Below are positions 36,575 through 45,115 of a stretch of DNA of 64,000 nucleotides, piece by piece (the stretch's first letter is position 1; every line of letters begins with the position of its first letter). A program made the translations under genes and the position numbers. The DNA comes from an uncultured bacterium (GTDB lineage Bacteria; Hydrothermota; UBA3072). The notes beneath the pieces are model-generated. The model was not told the origin of the DNA. It ran no database searches and saw only the letters and a program-made list of their open reading frames with translations. Location: contig CAYZBF010000006.1 of NCBI GenBank assembly GCA_964476585.1, positions 4,429 to 68,428 of the forward strand. The letters are read 5' to 3'.

Positions 36575-37774
36575 ATGGAAAAGCGTTGCGAGAATATGTG
36601 GATATCTTCTCTTGCTAAAAGAACCGAGCGGATTGGAAGCTCTATTATTCGCGAACTACTCAAGGTTTCACAATATCCAGATGTCATATCTTTTGGTGGT
36701 GGATGGCCAGCCCCTGAATTTTTCCCTAAGCGTGAGATTGAGGAAGCCTGCGAATATCTCATTCCCAGAAAAGGGGAGTTAATGCTCCAGTATGGGTTAT
36801 CCGAAGGTATCACCGAGTTAAAAGAATTTCTTTCCAAAAAGATGTGTAAGTACGGAGTCCCTGCAGAATCTGAGAATATACTTCTTACATGTGGTTCCCA
36901 GCAGGCGCTGGATCTGATTGGTAAAGTATTTATAAATGAAGGAGATAAAATTCTGGTTTCAGAACCTACCTATCTGGGTGCGCTTCAAGCATGGAAACTA
37001 TATGGACCGGAATTCGCAACGTGCAAAATGGATGATAATGGTGTATTAATCGAAGATGTAGAGAAGGCTCTTGAAAAGGGTCCGGTAAAATTTATGTATA
37101 TGCTCCCCAATTTCCATAATCCCACTGGAGTCACTATATTACTCGAGAGGAGGAAAAAACTGGTTGAACTGGCTGATAAATACGATACTTTTATTGTAGA
37201 AGATGACCCTTATGGTGAGCTTCGATATGAAGGAAAGGATATAACGCCATTGATTGTTCTAAGTAAGGAAAGAGTAATCTACCTATCAACCTTTTCGAAA
37301 ACACTTGCGCCTGGGTTAAGACTCGGCTGGATGGTAGCACCGAAACTTACTCTTTCAAAGATTGTCCAAGCAAAACAGGGAGCCGACCTGCATACAGGAA
37401 CATTCATCCAGTATATAGCCAATGACATTTGCCAAAGAGGAATACTGAAGGCTCACGTAGAAAAACTCCGTAAGTTATATAGAGAAAGAAGGGACGTGAT
37501 GCTTGATTCTCTTGAGAAGTATTTTCCCAAGGAAGCGAAGTGGACACATCCCCATGGAGGATTATTCCTCTGGGTGACATTACCTGAAGGTATGGATATC
37601 GAGAAAATATTTGGAAAAGCAAAGGAAAGGAAAGTAGCATTTGTGCCTGGCTTTGCTTTCTATCCATATGAAGGCGGAAATAATTCTATGAGGCTAAATT
37701 TCTCTAATACACCCCCCGAGAAAACAAGAGAAGGTATCAAAAGATTAGGAGAATTATTGAAAGAGGAGTTATAG
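36575..37774 (+). CDS. PLP-dependent aminotransferase class I (2-aminoadipate/aromatic type)
   Basis: [47 protein letters not shown]. Confidence 0.9.
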   Translation: MEKRCENMWISSLAKRTERIGSSIIRELLKVSQYPDVISFGGGWPAPEFFPKREIEEACEYLIPRKGELMLQYGLSEGITELKEFLSKKMCKYGVPAESENILLTCGSQQALDLIGKVFINEGDKILVSEPTYLGALQAWKLYGPEFATCKMDDNGVLIEDVEKALEKGPVKFMYMLPNFHNPTGVTILLERRKKLVELADKYDTFIVEDDPYGELRYEGKDITPLIVLSKERVIYLSTFSKTLAPGLRLGWMVAPKLTLSKIVQAKQGADLHTGTFIQYIANDICQRGILKAHVEKLRKLYRERRDVMLDSLEKYFPKEAKWTHPHGGLFLWVTLPEGMDIEKIFGKAKERKVAFVPGFAFYPYEGGNNSMRLNFSNTPPEKTREGIKRLGELLKEEL

Positions 37775-37785
37775 GAGGCTGTATA

Positions 37786-39051
37786 ATGATGGAGGAATTG
37801 TATAAGACAGCACCTCTGGTCTATGATGCTATAATGAATGAAGCAGAAAGAGAACATAGGAATCTTGAATTAATAGCCTCAGAAAATTTTGCCTCCCCCG
37901 CTGTCCTTCAGGCAATGGGCTCTATAATGACAAATAAATACGCAGAGGGTTATCCCGGGAAACGATACTATGGAGGCTGCAAATGGATGGATGTGGTAGA
38001 GAACTTAGCAATTGAGAGAGCTAAAAAACTCTTTAAAGCTGACCATGCAAATGTTCAACCCCTCTCTGGTGTTCCTGCCAATCTCGCTGTATATGATGCT
38101 TTCCTTGATCCAGGTGATATTTTCTTCGGACTCTCTCTTTCCCATGGAGGACATCTTTCTCACGGTTATAAGGTGAGTTTTACTGGTAAGGTCTGGAACT
38201 CTGTTCAATATACCGTGGATCCAGAAACAGAACAGATAAACTATGATTCTCTGTTAAAACTTGCAAAGGAAAAGAAACCAAAATTAATAATGACAGGAGC
38301 ATCAGCATATCCAAGAACTCTTCACTGGGATAAATTTAAGGAGATATGTGATGAAATCGGTGCATACTTTGTAGCAGACATTGCGCATATAGCCGGTCTG
38401 GTGGTAGCGGGTGAACATCCCTCCCCTATACCATATGCAGACGCAGTCACCACTACTACACATAAGACATTACGCGGTCCCAGAAGCGCTATAATACTCT
38501 GCAAAGAGAAATGGGCGAAGCAGATAGATAAGGCTGTATTCCCGGGTCTTCAAGGTGGACCTCACATGCATATCATAGCCGCTAAAGCAGTAGCGTTTAA
38601 AGAGGCTTTAAGTCCTGAGTTCAAGGACTATCAACATCAGATAATCCTCAATGCAAAAGCACTCGAAGAGGAATTTAAAATACTTGGTTGGCGACTGGTT
38701 GCTGGTGGAACTGATACTCACTTACTTCTTATTGACGTTAAAAGTAAAGGTATTACAGGTAAACAAGCTGAGGAAGGCCTGGATAAGGCAAACATAACTG
38801 TGAACAAAAACACAATACCCTACGATAAGGAAAAACCATTTATTGCAAGTGGCATAAGAATAGGTACACCTGCATTAACCACAAGGGGTATGAAAGAAGA
38901 CGAAATGAAGAAAATAGCAAAACTTATTGATAAGGTGCTTTCTAAAATAGATGATGATAAGATAACTGAAGAAGTAAAAGGAGAGGTTAAAGAACTCACT
39001 GAAGAATTTCCCTTATACTCAGAAATTAGGAGGGAAAGAAAGGGGGTATAA
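37786..39051 (+). CDS. glyA: Serine hydroxymethyltransferase
   Basis: [55 protein letters not shown]. Confidence 0.97.
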   Translation: MMEELYKTAPLVYDAIMNEAEREHRNLELIASENFASPAVLQAMGSIMTNKYAEGYPGKRYYGGCKWMDVVENLAIERAKKLFKADHANVQPLSGVPANLAVYDAFLDPGDIFFGLSLSHGGHLSHGYKVSFTGKVWNSVQYTVDPETEQINYDSLLKLAKEKKPKLIMTGASAYPRTLHWDKFKEICDEIGAYFVADIAHIAGLVVAGEHPSPIPYADAVTTTTHKTLRGPRSAIILCKEKWAKQIDKAVFPGLQGGPHMHIIAAKAVAFKEALSPEFKDYQHQIILNAKALEEEFKILGWRLVAGGTDTHLLLIDVKSKGITGKQAEEGLDKANITVNKNTIPYDKEKPFIASGIRIGTPALTTRGMKEDEMKKIAKLIDKVLSKIDDDKITEEVKGEVKELTEEFPLYSEIRRERKGV

Positions 39052-40118
39052 TGCATAAAAAATTGTTTATACCAGGTCCAACAGAGGTCAGGGAAGATGT
39101 AAGAGAAGCCATGAACTTTCCTATGTTTGGACATAGGATGCCAGAAACAACAAAACTTATGGGGGAAGTGGGAGAAAAACTCCAGAAACTGCTCTATACG
39201 GATAACTTCGTTGTTATATCTACCTCTTCAGGAACAGGACTGATGGAAGCTTGCTCTAGAAACTGTATTAAAAATAAAGCTCTACATTTAAATTGCGGTG
39301 CCTTCAGCGATAGATGGGCAAAGATATCAAAAGCCTGCAATAAGGATGTTGACGTTATTGAATATGAATGGGGTAGGGGAGTAGTTACTTCCGATGTGGA
39401 AGAAAAGTTGAAAACCGGGAAATACGACACAGTATTCGTAACCCACAATGAAACCTCAACAGGTGTAATGAACCCTATAAAGGAAATTAGTGAAATGATG
39501 AAAAATTATCCCGATGTGTTGCTCTGTGTGGATGCTGTATCATCTATGGCTGGGACTGAAATCAGAGTAGATGATTGGAATATAGATGTTGTATTAGCTT
39601 CGGTCCAGAAATGCTTTGCTCTTCCTCCAGGACTTGCTATTGCGTCAGTGAGCGATAAGGCAATGGAACGCTCAGCAGAAGTTGAAGATAAAGGTTTCTA
39701 TTTTGATTTTCAAGCATTCAAGAAATACTGGGATAAAGCGAAGCAGCCACCAACAACCGCCTGCCTCAACCTTATCGTTGCACTAAATTACCAACTGGAT
39801 AAGATAATAAATGAAGAAGGCATAGAAAATCGATTCAAGAGACACAAGGAAATGGCTGGAATTGTCCAGAATTGGGCAAGAGAAAATTTTGATCTCTTTG
39901 CCGATACAGACTATCTCTCCCCCACGGTAAGTTGCATAAAGAATACAAAAGGAATCTCTGTGGCTTCCCTGAATGAAGAATTAGGAAAGAGAGGAGCAAC
40001 AATATCAAATGGCTATGGAAAGCTCAAGGAGCAAACCTTCAGGATAGCCCATATGGGTGATATCACCGTGGATGAAATCAAATGGCTCCTTGGCGAGATA
40101 GATGATATAATCTCATAG
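39051..40118 (+). CDS. Class V aminotransferase (alanine-glyoxylate/serine-pyruvate family)
   Basis: LFIPGPT, HNETSTG, VDAVSS, SVQKCFALPPG, FRIAHMG. Confidence 0.9.
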   Translation: MHKKLFIPGPTEVREDVREAMNFPMFGHRMPETTKLMGEVGEKLQKLLYTDNFVVISTSSGTGLMEACSRNCIKNKALHLNCGAFSDRWAKISKACNKDVDVIEYEWGRGVVTSDVEEKLKTGKYDTVFVTHNETSTGVMNPIKEISEMMKNYPDVLLCVDAVSSMAGTEIRVDDWNIDVVLASVQKCFALPPGLAIASVSDKAMERSAEVEDKGFYFDFQAFKKYWDKAKQPPTTACLNLIVALNYQLDKIINEEGIENRFKRHKEMAGIVQNWARENFDLFADTDYLSPTVSCIKNTKGISVASLNEELGKRGATISNGYGKLKEQTFRIAHMGDITVDEIKWLLGEIDDIIS

Positions 40119-40138
40119 AGGTATTTAACTACTTAAAT

Positions 40139-40169
40139 AAAAAGGGCGTTCATTTTGAACGCCCTTTTT
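40139..40169. terminator. Bidirectional rho-independent terminator
   Basis: AAAAAGGGCGTTCA-TTT-TGAACGCCCTTTTT between convergent genes. Confidence 0.85.
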
Positions 40170-40200
40170 ATATTAAGAATACAAGTTGGGTCTACACTGC

Positions 40201-42525
40201 CTACCTAATCATTACTGCCTTATTTGTAAACCTTTCCCCGTTAGCTTCCATACTGATGAAATATATTCCTGCTGGTCTTTCAGTCATATCTATATATGTC
40301 TCGTGCCACCCGGCTTCCTTTACCTCTCTTATAAATCTTACCTCTCTTCCCACGCAGTCATACACTCTGAAATAAACAATCGAATTCTCTGGTAGGGTAT
40401 ACATAACTTTTAACTGACTCCCAATAGTTAAAACATCTGCTGTCATAGAATAAATACTGGGTATCTCTTCTATATGAACAGTATCTATAATCGAGAAATA
40501 ATCATGTTTTGTAACAGTTACAAACATATCTTGTCCAGTCATGGATGGAGAAATGTTAAATGTAACACTACCTGAAGTATTAGTATACCCTACCACATGT
40601 ATATCTGGATCCTCGGAAGGAATCCAGCAGCAAACAAGAGCACCCTCAATGGGTATAAGTCTATTATTATCATAGACTCTTATAGTAAAGTCTGATTGAA
40701 CTGGAGGGATGACTTGATCATGGGCTACAAAAAGGTCGTCAGGTATATCAGTCCATATCTTCAGTGAAGGATCGTTCATTATTTGATACGCTTCAAAATA
40801 ATATTGCTTTAGAGTGCTTGAAGTGTGGTTCTCTATCCAGTATAGAGCCCATTGAGTGAATCTACTCACTTCGTATAGCCTTCCAGGTACTGAATCTGTA
40901 TAGATTGCATCAAAATATCGTCTCTGCAACCAATCGTCTTCATCCCAGAATGTTCCAGGAACGCTACCAAAGTATGAGATACCCCCTCTATTTGAGAGTT
41001 TTGGCCAGGTTTCTCCAAAGCAATCGGTTGAATAATCAAAATCATTAGAAAAACAGCAGTGTCCACAGGGCATTGTATACATATCCTGATTATTCGTTTG
41101 ATTGATAAGTTCATTTACAGTGAAATCGCCAGTATAACCTACTGCCCACTCCCTCCTATCACCATGACCTGTATATACAGTCCATATATTTCCTTCGTTT
41201 ATTTCATCCACAACGCGGGCCTCTTGTTCTCCTGATGCCATCACCAGTGTATCTACATCTCCCGGATTATATCCTGCATTGTTTACTAAAAGGTTAAAAC
41301 AATACCTGTTAGTTGCTCTACCTATGCTCTGATTCCCAGATAGGTCATATCCCGCAATGAATGTTGCTCTCTTAAGCCAATCATATCCAGCAGAACCAAA
41401 ATCAGCCTTTTCGTATCTTATAGCTTTATTTACAACTATCATTGCCTCTTCGGCTGTTTTGACTGAAATTCTCCCCATAAATAAGTCAGGAAGGTAACCT
41501 CTTCCATCAATCTCAGAATAATATAGGTCTGTTTGTCCTGAATATGTACTGGCACTTCCCGAAGGTAGTGGATTTATAGCATTTGGATCTGCTATAATAA
41601 TAAGGTATGTAGCTAAAGGAGTTTGCGTATCAATGGTATCCTCAATCTGTGTTGCGCTCCACCCCGTTGCATCCCACATTCTAACCTTAAATCCTCTTTG
41701 GATCTTCCAGAGTGCAAGGCTCTCTGCAGCCTCCATGAAATCTGATGAATAGACAATATCATAGTAAATCGGTAAGGTAGGAACTCCCTTATCTTCAAAT
41801 ATATTGGGATTCAACACCATCCTGTCTATCAATCCTTCCCAATCTATAGAATAATTCTTATTGATTGCATCTACTGTCCTTTGAACATCTCCCCCTATAA
41901 ATCTAACCTCAAGCTCAATATCTGAATAATATCTGATTTTTCCATTTTTGGGGTTATACTGCACAGGGAATAAACGGATGGTTGCCAGTTTATGTCCCCG
42001 CGCGTAACCTGCATGCTCTTCCACATCTGACAGTCTGTAAGGATAGTACTTATCCTCCGAATATACCCTTTCATCAAGCACAAATTCAGCTCTTTTACCC
42101 TCCATCTTTGGCACCGGGGTAAGAACAGGCATAATCCTTTTTTCAATGCCAAAACTCTCTAAGCTGATTTCTTCAAATTTCGCATCCTTGATTTCAACTT
42201 CTAATTCTGCTTCATGAGGTATTTCAATAACCTGAGTAAGCACAGGTAATTTTGGCTTTCCGATTTCTCCTGTATAAGCATAGTGGGGGAAGGAAAAGAG
42301 GACAAATTCTTCACCTATTCCATTTACCATCCAATCTGTCTTGACCGTTTTATATCTAATACCTGGAATATGTGATTTAAATAAAAGAGAAAACTTCCTG
42401 GAAGAAATTCTCGTGAACTCTGGCCTTGTTGGCTGGGATATTTTCTTATCAAAAGGAATCCAGTCCCACGCTTGTAAACCCATTGTAAGAATGAAAGTAA
42501 AAACAAACATTAACCGTTTCACCAC
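40201..42525 (-). CDS. C25 family (gingipain-like) cysteine peptidase with propeptide and C-terminal T9SS/FlgD-like domain
   Basis: Propeptide GEIGKPKLP...FPVQYNP; PDLFMGRISV; catalytic-like YTGHG and CGHCC; tail RVYDCVGREV...PAGIYFI. Confidence 0.85.
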   Translation of the reverse strand: MVKRLMFVFTFILTMGLQAWDWIPFDKKISQPTRPEFTRISSRKFSLLFKSHIPGIRYKTVKTDWMVNGIGEEFVLFSFPHYAYTGEIGKPKLPVLTQVIEIPHEAELEVEIKDAKFEEISLESFGIEKRIMPVLTPVPKMEGKRAEFVLDERVYSEDKYYPYRLSDVEEHAGYARGHKLATIRLFPVQYNPKNGKIRYYSDIELEVRFIGGDVQRTVDAINKNYSIDWEGLIDRMVLNPNIFEDKGVPTLPIYYDIVYSSDFMEAAESLALWKIQRGFKVRMWDATGWSATQIEDTIDTQTPLATYLIIIADPNAINPLPSGSASTYSGQTDLYYSEIDGRGYLPDLFMGRISVKTAEEAMIVVNKAIRYEKADFGSAGYDWLKRATFIAGYDLSGNQSIGRATNRYCFNLLVNNAGYNPGDVDTLVMASGEQEARVVDEINEGNIWTVYTGHGDRREWAVGYTGDFTVNELINQTNNQDMYTMPCGHCCFSNDFDYSTDCFGETWPKLSNRGGISYFGSVPGTFWDEDDWLQRRYFDAIYTDSVPGRLYEVSRFTQWALYWIENHTSSTLKQYYFEAYQIMNDPSLKIWTDIPDDLFVAHDQVIPPVQSDFTIRVYDNNRLIPIEGALVCCWIPSEDPDIHVVGYTNTSGSVTFNISPSMTGQDMFVTVTKHDYFSIIDTVHIEEIPSIYSMTADVLTIGSQLKVMYTLPENSIVYFRVYDCVGREVRFIREVKEAGWHETYIDMTERPAGIYFISMEANGERFTNKAVMIR

Positions 42526-42767
42526 GCCTCTTATCTCCTTATTCCTACCATAACTTTACAATAACCCTCTTTCCCATCTATACTCCGTGCAATAATGTGA
42601 ACACTTGAGATGACAGAGTTAACTGATTCTATATTTGTAAAAACCACAAAGGATAGTCCTTAGTATTGGCGCTGACGGAGAGTAAACCTATAAGGAGTGG
42701 CAGCATGATTTAAACTACTGGAAAAACTAAGTCTGTGGAAACAAAGCAACGGAAACTCTTTCCTATC

Positions 42768-43331
42768 TTAATACCCCTTTTGTTCTTTCTCAAACTCCCT
42801 GAGTTCCCGAATCTCTTTTTCGAGTTCCTGGAAGGACTGAGAAGCACGAAACCTGGTGTATATACTTTTATTACTGCCCATCATTAGCTGATTCAGGAGT
42901 TCCTCTCTTGCTTCGCCAAGGGGAACCTCCAACAAGACAAAAGCTCGATACATCTTTTCTTCCTTCTTTACCGTCTGCTTCTTCACTCTTGAGCCTATTA
43001 ATGTCTGGTCAACCACATTCTTACTGACCTTAGTATACTGCTGGAGAAGCTCGGAATCCTCAGTTCTTCCGACCTCTTCATCGAACTTCTTTACCAAACC
43101 CTGAATATGAGATTCAATCTGCTCTGCAACATTGAGTCTTGCATCCTGTTTTGCTTTATCCAGAGCTATTTGATAATCAACAGAGGTTGCGGCTGCAGCA
43201 CCAAACATAAAATTGGGATCCTCTGGTGGGGAAAGATACCAGTCTGGTGCTGATATATCGCTTTTATATCCAGAAGCACAACCTATCATTAAAAATGTTA
43301 ATACCAATCCTACACATAAAATCTTCTTCAT
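42768..43331 (-). CDS. LPP20-like lipoprotein
   Basis: Lipobox MIGC, APDWY..PP, ALDKAKQDAR..VAEQI. Confidence 0.75.
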   Translation of the reverse strand: MKKILCVGLVLTFLMIGCASGYKSDISAPDWYLSPPEDPNFMFGAAAATSVDYQIALDKAKQDARLNVAEQIESHIQGLVKKFDEEVGRTEDSELLQQYTKVSKNVVDQTLIGSRVKKQTVKKEEKMYRAFVLLEVPLGEAREELLNQLMMGSNKSIYTRFRASQSFQELEKEIRELREFEKEQKGY

Positions 43332-43538
43332 AAAGACCTCCTTATTACTCTTTCCTAAAAATCCTTACATATTAAATCGGCTACTCCCCATCAGCGTTTC
43401 TAATATTAGCGACAAATTTTTGACTGTCAAGAGGAGAACATTCATATATGAATGGATGAGTTGACTTTAACCTTCGGGATGGTAGCTGTGTGCTGTTTTC
43501 ATTATTGACATTTCTTATCATTTAATTAAGTTGGTTCT

Positions 43539-44210
43539 GTGTTTATAATTATCCTTACTTTAGTATCGTACGATAATAACAGGTTTCTATCTACAGTATG
43601 TTCTGATCTGTCCTATATTTCTTCTTCACCATCACGCTGGGAAAAAAGAGATTATGGTAAATTTGCAGGAGTAGCTGTATCATTAGGTACAATCATGCTT
43701 CTTGATGATGAAATCAGAGAGGAAGTTCAAAACTACAATGGAAAGATTAACAATATTGCAGATGCATTTGAACCTTTAGGAGCTAATTATGGAATTGGTC
43801 TTTTAGGAAGCAGTTACCTAATTGGATGTCTACTCAATAATAATGAGCTCAAACACCTCTCCCTACGAGCTTCGGAAAGTGCCCTCATATCCATGGGATT
43901 TACCTACCTCATAAAGATAGGAATCGGCAGGAAGAGACCCAACTTAGGGGAAGGACCCTACTGTTTTTCAGGTCCGAACCTGGAAGCAGGAAGAATGTCC
44001 ATGCCATCAGGGCACACTGCGTTTACCTTTGCAGTTGCCTCATATATTTCTTCAGAAACCAAAAACCCCTTGATTACTATCCTCGCATACGGCACTGCAA
44101 TAACGGTTGGCTATTCAAGAATAAAAGAGGATAAGCACTGGGCATCAGATGTGTATTTAGGAGCATTAATTGGTATAAGTGTAGGAATAACTATTTCAAT
44201 CCTGGATTAA
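43539..44210 (+). CDS. PAP2-family phosphatase
   Basis: K..IGRKRP, SMPSGHT, YSRIKEDKHWASDV; preceded by TTGACA-N16-TAAGTT-N6-GTG. Confidence 0.9.
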   Translation: MFIIILTLVSYDNNRFLSTVCSDLSYISSSPSRWEKRDYGKFAGVAVSLGTIMLLDDEIREEVQNYNGKINNIADAFEPLGANYGIGLLGSSYLIGCLLNNNELKHLSLRASESALISMGFTYLIKIGIGRKRPNLGEGPYCFSGPNLEAGRMSMPSGHTAFTFAVASYISSETKNPLITILAYGTAITVGYSRIKEDKHWASDVYLGALIGISVGITISILD

Positions 44211-44214
44211 CAGA

Positions 44215-44249
44215 GAGTCGTTAGTCATGAGTCATTTGTCAATAGTCTT
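44215..44249 (+). repeat. Left 5x7-nt array of the four-helix-bundle cassette
   Basis: GAGTCGT TAGTCAT GAGTCAT TTGTCAA TAGTCTT. Confidence 0.85.
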
Positions 44250-44450
44250 AATAGAATGAGTAAAAAAATTATTTTAATTCTAAAAATAAAATGGCAAATA
44301 TAAAAAGATTTGAAGATATTAAAGCGTGGCAAAAGTCAAGAGAGTTAGTAAAGGAAATTTATTACATAACTAATAATAAAAAATTTATGAAAGATTGGAG
44401 TTTAAAGGAACAAGTTAGACGTGCAACGGTTTCTATTATGAGTAATATTG

Positions 44451-44814
44451 TTCACCCCGTGGAATAGTAATATGAATTTCTTTTACTTATTCCATGGGGT
44501 AAACCCCGTGGAATAAGATGTATTATATTTATGTTTTGCAAAGTGAAAAAGACGAAAATTTCTATGTGGGATATACCTCAAACTTCAAAAAAAGACTTAA
44601 ATTACATAATGAGGGAAGAGTGAAATCTACAAAAGAGAGAAGACCAATCAAACTAATCTATTATGAAGCATGTTTGGAACAAAAAGACGCATTAAAAAGA
44701 GAAAAGTATTTGAAATCCAACTATGGTAAACGATACATAAAAAATAGACATAAGGAGTACCTCAAAGATGTCTAACAACCTTCAAGTTGTTTACCAAGTC
44801 TCTATTCCACGGGG
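44451..44814 (+). mobile_element. Palindromic (REP-like) insertion element carrying a GIY-YIG nuclease
   Basis: Hairpin unit TTCACCCCGTGGAATA/TATTCCATGGGGTAAA (44451-44503), then CCCCGTGGAATA (44504-44515), the ORF, and TATTCCACGGGG (44803-44814). Confidence 0.8.
44518..44775 (+). CDS. Small stand-alone GIY-YIG nuclease
   Basis: YIYVL...FYVGYTSN..KRL..HN.G...T...P.KLIYYE.....AL.REK.LK; 85 aa. Confidence 0.92.
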   Translation: MYYIYVLQSEKDENFYVGYTSNFKKRLKLHNEGRVKSTKERRPIKLIYYEACLEQKDALKREKYLKSNYGKRYIKNRHKEYLKDV

Positions 44815-45080
44815 CATGGGTTATTCCCGACAAACAGATAAAGAGTTTATCCAGTTTCTTTATACTGCCAAAGGGTCTGCTTCAGAAATTCAAAGTCATT
44901 TATATTTATCTCTTGATTTAGGTTATTTAAGCAAAGAAGAATTTAAAAAGGTCTATATAGAAACAGAAGAAATATCAAAAATGATTTCAGGTTTTATACG
45001 TTATTTAAAAAATAGCAAAAACGTGTAATGATTCTTTATTAACTAATAACCTTATTATATCACAACAGAATATATAAATA

Positions 45081-45115
45081 ATGACTCACGACTAGAGACT
45101 GAAGACTAAAGACTA
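45081..45115 (-). repeat. Right 5x7-nt array, inverted relative to 44215-44249
   Basis: ATGACTC ACGACTA GAGACTG AAGACTA AAGACTA; reverse complements include exact GAGTCAT and TAGTCTT units. Confidence 0.85.

Larger units (their letters stand above)
44291..45028 (+). pseudogene. Four-helix-bundle protein (23S rRNA-IVP/Avd-like family) interrupted by a palindromic GIY-YIG element
   Basis: N-half [24 protein letters not shown]...[16 protein letters not shown] (from 44291) and C-half GYSRQTDKEFIQFLYTAKGSASEIQSHL...DLGYL (to 45028), separated by a ~364-bp insert. Confidence 0.9.

Noticed and set aside
42590-42765. Riboswitch or ncRNA upstream of the C25 peptidase
   Set aside because: Some pairing potential and a CCCGTCAGC segment, but it does not match the c-di-AMP, c-di-GMP, M-box, glycine or cobalamin consensus as I know them. 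An Infernal/Rfam search would be needed.
44451-44814. Group I intron with a GIY-YIG homing endonuclease
   Set aside because: Only about 105 nt of the insert is non-coding and it is accounted for by simple hairpins; there is no room for the P3-P9 catalytic core.
44291-45028. Diversity-generating retroelement (Avd-like gene)
   Set aside because: No reverse transcriptase and no TR/VR repeat pair seen in the window.
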